Shown here one piece after another: positions 60,804 to 64,000 of a DNA stretch of 64,000 bases. The notes beneath the pieces were generated by a model. It was not told the DNA's origin and ran no database searches. It saw only the letters and a list, made by a program, of their open reading frames with translations. The stretch lies in the NCBI GenBank assembly GCA_010356995.1, contig ML996688.1, forward strand, positions 186,001-250,000, read 5' to 3'. This DNA comes from Trichodelitschia bisporula (Eukaryota). Position 1 is the first letter of the stretch, and every line of letters starts with the position of its first letter. The position numbers and the translations under genes are program-made.

Positions 60804-61268
60804 CGCTGACTTCCATATGAAGCTAGATGGAAAAACTTGCGGTCCGTTTGAATATATAGGGATTTTTGAGAAAACATACGAACTCAAGTCATCGCCTGGC
60901 ATCGAAAGGCGTCAGCCTTCGGCATGCTGAACCTTTGAACGATATGCACGATGCCATAAGCCGCTCTATTTTTGGATATATTCCAGTTGTTCTGCAGTTG
61001 CGATATGTAGGTTCTTGATTGCAGAAAGCAGCGACGTTCGCCTACCTGCAAACTTTGCCGGCTTCACTACTGGGGGCCTTCACCGGTTCATGAAGCCGAG
61101 CAACTTGTGGCTTCACCAGATGTGAGCTAATCTGCAAGGACCGTCCACTGGCTCAGCTGCCAACCAGGCAGCAACATCACGTGTAAAAGAAACATCCGCT
61201 ACTTATAAAGGCCATGGTACGGCGGGATATTAAGGAAAAGTGCAGGCCAAACTCCATACGCAACTAGC

Positions 61269-61849
61269 ATGTCTTCACTCCCCGTTTCAATCCGCGTTGC
61301 GCAGGCCATCGGCCTCACTGGCGCGGCCTTCCTCGCGGGTAAGCTCCATCCAACTTGTAGCACAAATATCAGCCTTGCTGACTCAACACAGGCAACATCA
61401 CCTCCTTCGCGCTAAACGTCATCCCATCCCTTCGCAACTCCCGAACCAAAGACAACGTTCCCGCCCAAACAATCGCCAAACAGTGGACGCACATGTACCA
61501 TTACGGCAAGACACAGAACCCGCCGATTTCCGTTGTCTCCGCCGCAGCCCTTGGCTACGTGGCCTGGTCGGTTCGGAGCGGAACCGAACTCGCGAAACTG
61601 GTGCCTAGGAATGCCTCGCCCCTGTACGCGGCGAGCGCGGTTTTGATTATGGCGATTGCTCCATATACTGTCGTTTTCATGACGGCGACGAACGACCGGC
61701 TGCATGCTCATGCTGCGGCGACTGAAAAGACTACGGCGGCAGAAAAGAATATTGAAGAGCTGTTGAAGAAGTGGGATTCCCTGAATCTCATTCGCGGGCT
61801 TTTGCCGCTGGCGGCTGCAGCTCTGGGTATGATTGCTGTCTTGGGTTGA
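61269..61849 (+). CDS. DUF1772 (anthrone oxygenase-like) membrane protein
   Basis: Exon 1 61269-61338, intron 61339-61391. AQAIGLTGAAFLAG..AKQWTHMYHYG..IAPYTVVFMTATNDRL..ELLKKWDSLNLIRGLLPL is the typical DUF1772 pattern. Confidence 0.85.
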
Positions 61850-62289
61850 ATATACCTTAACGCATTGAACTACATCTCCGCTCAAAGTAATTTAATATTG
61901 GCTTCATCGATAGGCCAAGTCACTCATCTCCAATTGCAAGCTCAATGCTTATATTCGTAACACACGAGTGTCAGACCACCCCTTTCGCCGAGACACAGGG
62001 AGGAATTCATCAATAGTTATTTTCTATCCACTTCGTAAAAGTCATAAGCCACCGAGCAGTAGCAAGGGTATCAGAGCATCGCTTCATCTGTTGCGCCATC
62101 TCAGCATCCGGAAACACGCCATGTTATTAATGAGAAAAGAAGAAGGTGGACAGCTTCCAGTGGAGTACCAGTTGAAATCCACAAGCCGTCGTCGCTCAAA
62201 CAAGCGCCGAACAAAGTACACTCGGCAGCCGGATGCTGAACTCGGCGGCTCATTGCACAAGATCCGCCGGCACACGCCCAAGGTGAACT

Positions 62290-62379
62290 CCACGGCCACG
62301 AATCGAGCCACGTCGTCGCGCCACCGAAGCCATTTTACGGCCACGAATCGAGCCCCGTCGTCGTGCCACCGAAGCCATT
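62290..62379. repeat. 45-bp tandem duplication spanning the stop codon of the Leu3-like gene
   Basis: Units 62290-62334 and 62335-62379 match at 41 of 45 positions. Confidence 0.92.
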
Positions 62380-64000
62380 GAGATACCACCCCATTGGATC
62401 GAAGAAATCATAACTAGTCGCGTAAGCCATATCACTGTCACCACTCAGAGGCATGCCAAACCCGCCAAAGCTGGTCATGCCAAGCTCGTTGGGGTCACCA
62501 GTGAGGCTACTCGAGGGCCGCCGACCATTCGAAAATGAGCCCCGATGAGTGGCGACCGGACTTGTTGGATTCTTGACCGCCGTGTCGAGCTTTTCCGTGC
62601 GCACTTTGCCCTGCAGCTCGTCCTTCCACCGCCATATGCTGTCGAAAACATGGGACATGCTCATCCGATAGCGGCGCTTGAGAGTGAGGCTGGCGTCTGG
62701 TTCACCGGGAGGTCTGGAGTCGGGGCCCTGTCCGCTGTCGATGCGCTCGGCGTCCGCCTTCCACATTTGGGCGAAGACTTCCGCCAGGCGCTGTGGGAGG
62801 TCGTTCGTCTTCACGCTCATCTGACGGATTGCCGTTATGCCGTCCCCAAATAGCCCTTCGCCAACTTCGCGGTCCACATGTTCTGCAAACCCGAATGTCG
62901 AGTTCAAAAGCTTCAGCAAGGCAACCGCTGCAGCAATCATAATCTGCATGACGTAGTTTGGTGCATACCGAAGATCAACAGGGCAGTTGAGAGCGCATAC
63001 GATAGTTGCCTTGGCAGCCAGATAGAGCTCTTCCAAGTCCAATTGATATCTGGGTGAGCTCGGGTCATCGAAGAAGACATGCAGTCGCAGGTGAAGTTGG
63101 GCCGCGTGGAAGTAGAGGCGATCGATATCTGGCAGGTTTTAGAAAAGCACTTCATGCAGAGGAGAACTTACGGTCGTTAAGGTCCACGGTGCTCTCGAGT
63201 TGCTGAATAGTAGGGGCCAGCATGGATGCTTTGAGTTGTATTGACGGCTCTTCTACCATGGACTGGGGGTGCTGTTGTGGGCTGTAAACTTCCTGAGTGA
63301 TTCGGTTTACAAACTTCTCAATCTCAAGGCGTGTATGAAGGTAGTTGAAAACGCGGTACTGCTCCGCGGAGCCATCCAAAGGTGCATTCAAAGTAGCATC
63401 GTAGACTGTATCCGGTGGCTGACCATAGCCTGTCGACACGTTCTGAGCTACCAGGTTGCATGCAGCCCATGTTCGAAGTCTGTCAGTAATGTCCTCAGCG
63501 CGCAGCTGCACCCGGGTTCGGGAGAAGTCCATAGGGTGGGAGGGTCGGTGAAGGCCCAGTTGCATTGCGAACTTCATCATAATTCCAGAAAATGGAAAGG
63601 ACATGTCCGCGGTGGTACTGCTAACAGGGAGTGGCCAGGTGCACAGTAAGCAGAGGGCTTTCACGACATAGTGATTGCTGGGAGGCCGAACAATCATCTC
63701 CTTGACGAGTATGTTGTAGTGTGGCGCGAGGCGCCCAAACAAGGTACGATCCTCTTCAAAGTGGCGAGCGGCGATGACAATGACGGTCCAGAAGAGGATT
63801 TCGCTTCGTTCAAAGACAGAATCTGGGGTATCATGTTCCTTATCAAGAATTCGAAGGAAGAGATGGTACTTGTCGAAATACTCATCCCAAAGGCGGGTCA
63901 GCAGCTCCCCAAAGAGAGTTACATCACCAAGCTGCTTGGTGCGGCCCATTGGACTGGCTCTATTCGCAGGTGCGCTTTCATGGCCCTGCTTGAGATTGAG
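62335..64000 (-). CDS. Fungal-specific (Zn2Cys6-type) transcription factor, Leu3/LeuB-like; 5' end outside the window
   Basis: Middle-homology region LFWTVIVIAARH..VVKALCLLCTWPLP..AMQLGLHRP..RLRTWAACN; C-terminal NDLPQRLAEVFAQMW, RMSMSHVFDSIWRW and YDFFDPMGWYL. Intron at about 63129-63171. The zinc cluster is not visible, and the subfamily call is from motif memory. Confidence 0.75.

Noticed and set aside
568..63949. Hundreds of overlapping and antisense ORFs in the six-frame track
   Set aside because: Expected shadows of GC-rich coding DNA; low-complexity R/P/G/S products with no family motifs.
61269..64000. DUF1772 plus transcription factor as the edge of a secondary-metabolite cluster
   Set aside because: No PKS/NRPS or tailoring genes in view, and the factor looks Leu3-like (primary metabolism). 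Cannot be excluded beyond the window edge.
1..64000. Cryptic peroxisomal targeting by TGA-CTA stop readthrough
   Set aside because: None of the TGA stops I checked is followed by CTA.

Overview
Gene-dense, GC-rich eukaryotic DNA with short spliceosomal introns (GT..CTRAY..YAG). The gene content points to a filamentous ascomycete (Pezizomycotina; the class cannot be fixed from the sequence alone). I read about 26 protein-coding loci, mostly conserved housekeeping genes: RIM1 (partial), MTO1, Xaa-Pro aminopeptidase, importin-13-like, FUN14, PDX1, CRD1, a Gti1/Wor1 WOPR regulator, LTV1, a frameshifted small nuclear-protein gene, ORC2, GPI7, an S28 peptidase, RMP1, a Mei2-like RRM protein, SEC15, a conserved hypothetical, HSH49/SF3B4, DUF2015, eL28, UreF, Spo12, an AA7 flavo-oxidase, CTR9, DUF1772 and a Leu3/LeuB-like factor (partial). 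There is also one tRNA-Arg(UCU). I see no transposon, CRISPR array, rRNA or secondary-metabolite cluster, and I cannot support a new multi-gene system. The most interesting signals are regulatory or compositional. (1) The Mei2-like 5' leader has all its upstream AUGs inside, or straddling, two introns, suggesting a splice-controlled translation switch. (2) A kilobase-scale sawtooth of G/T-rich versus C/A-rich blocks runs through genes regardless of strand. (3) About 8.6 kb of gene-free DNA and an AUG-free leader precede the WOPR regulator. (4) CTR9 has a symmetric 54-nt candidate cassette exon. (5) PDX1 has a stop-free GC-AG intron. (6) The small gene carries three frameshifts and the CRD1 start is unresolved; both may be assembly errors. 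All family assignments come from motif recognition, not database searches.
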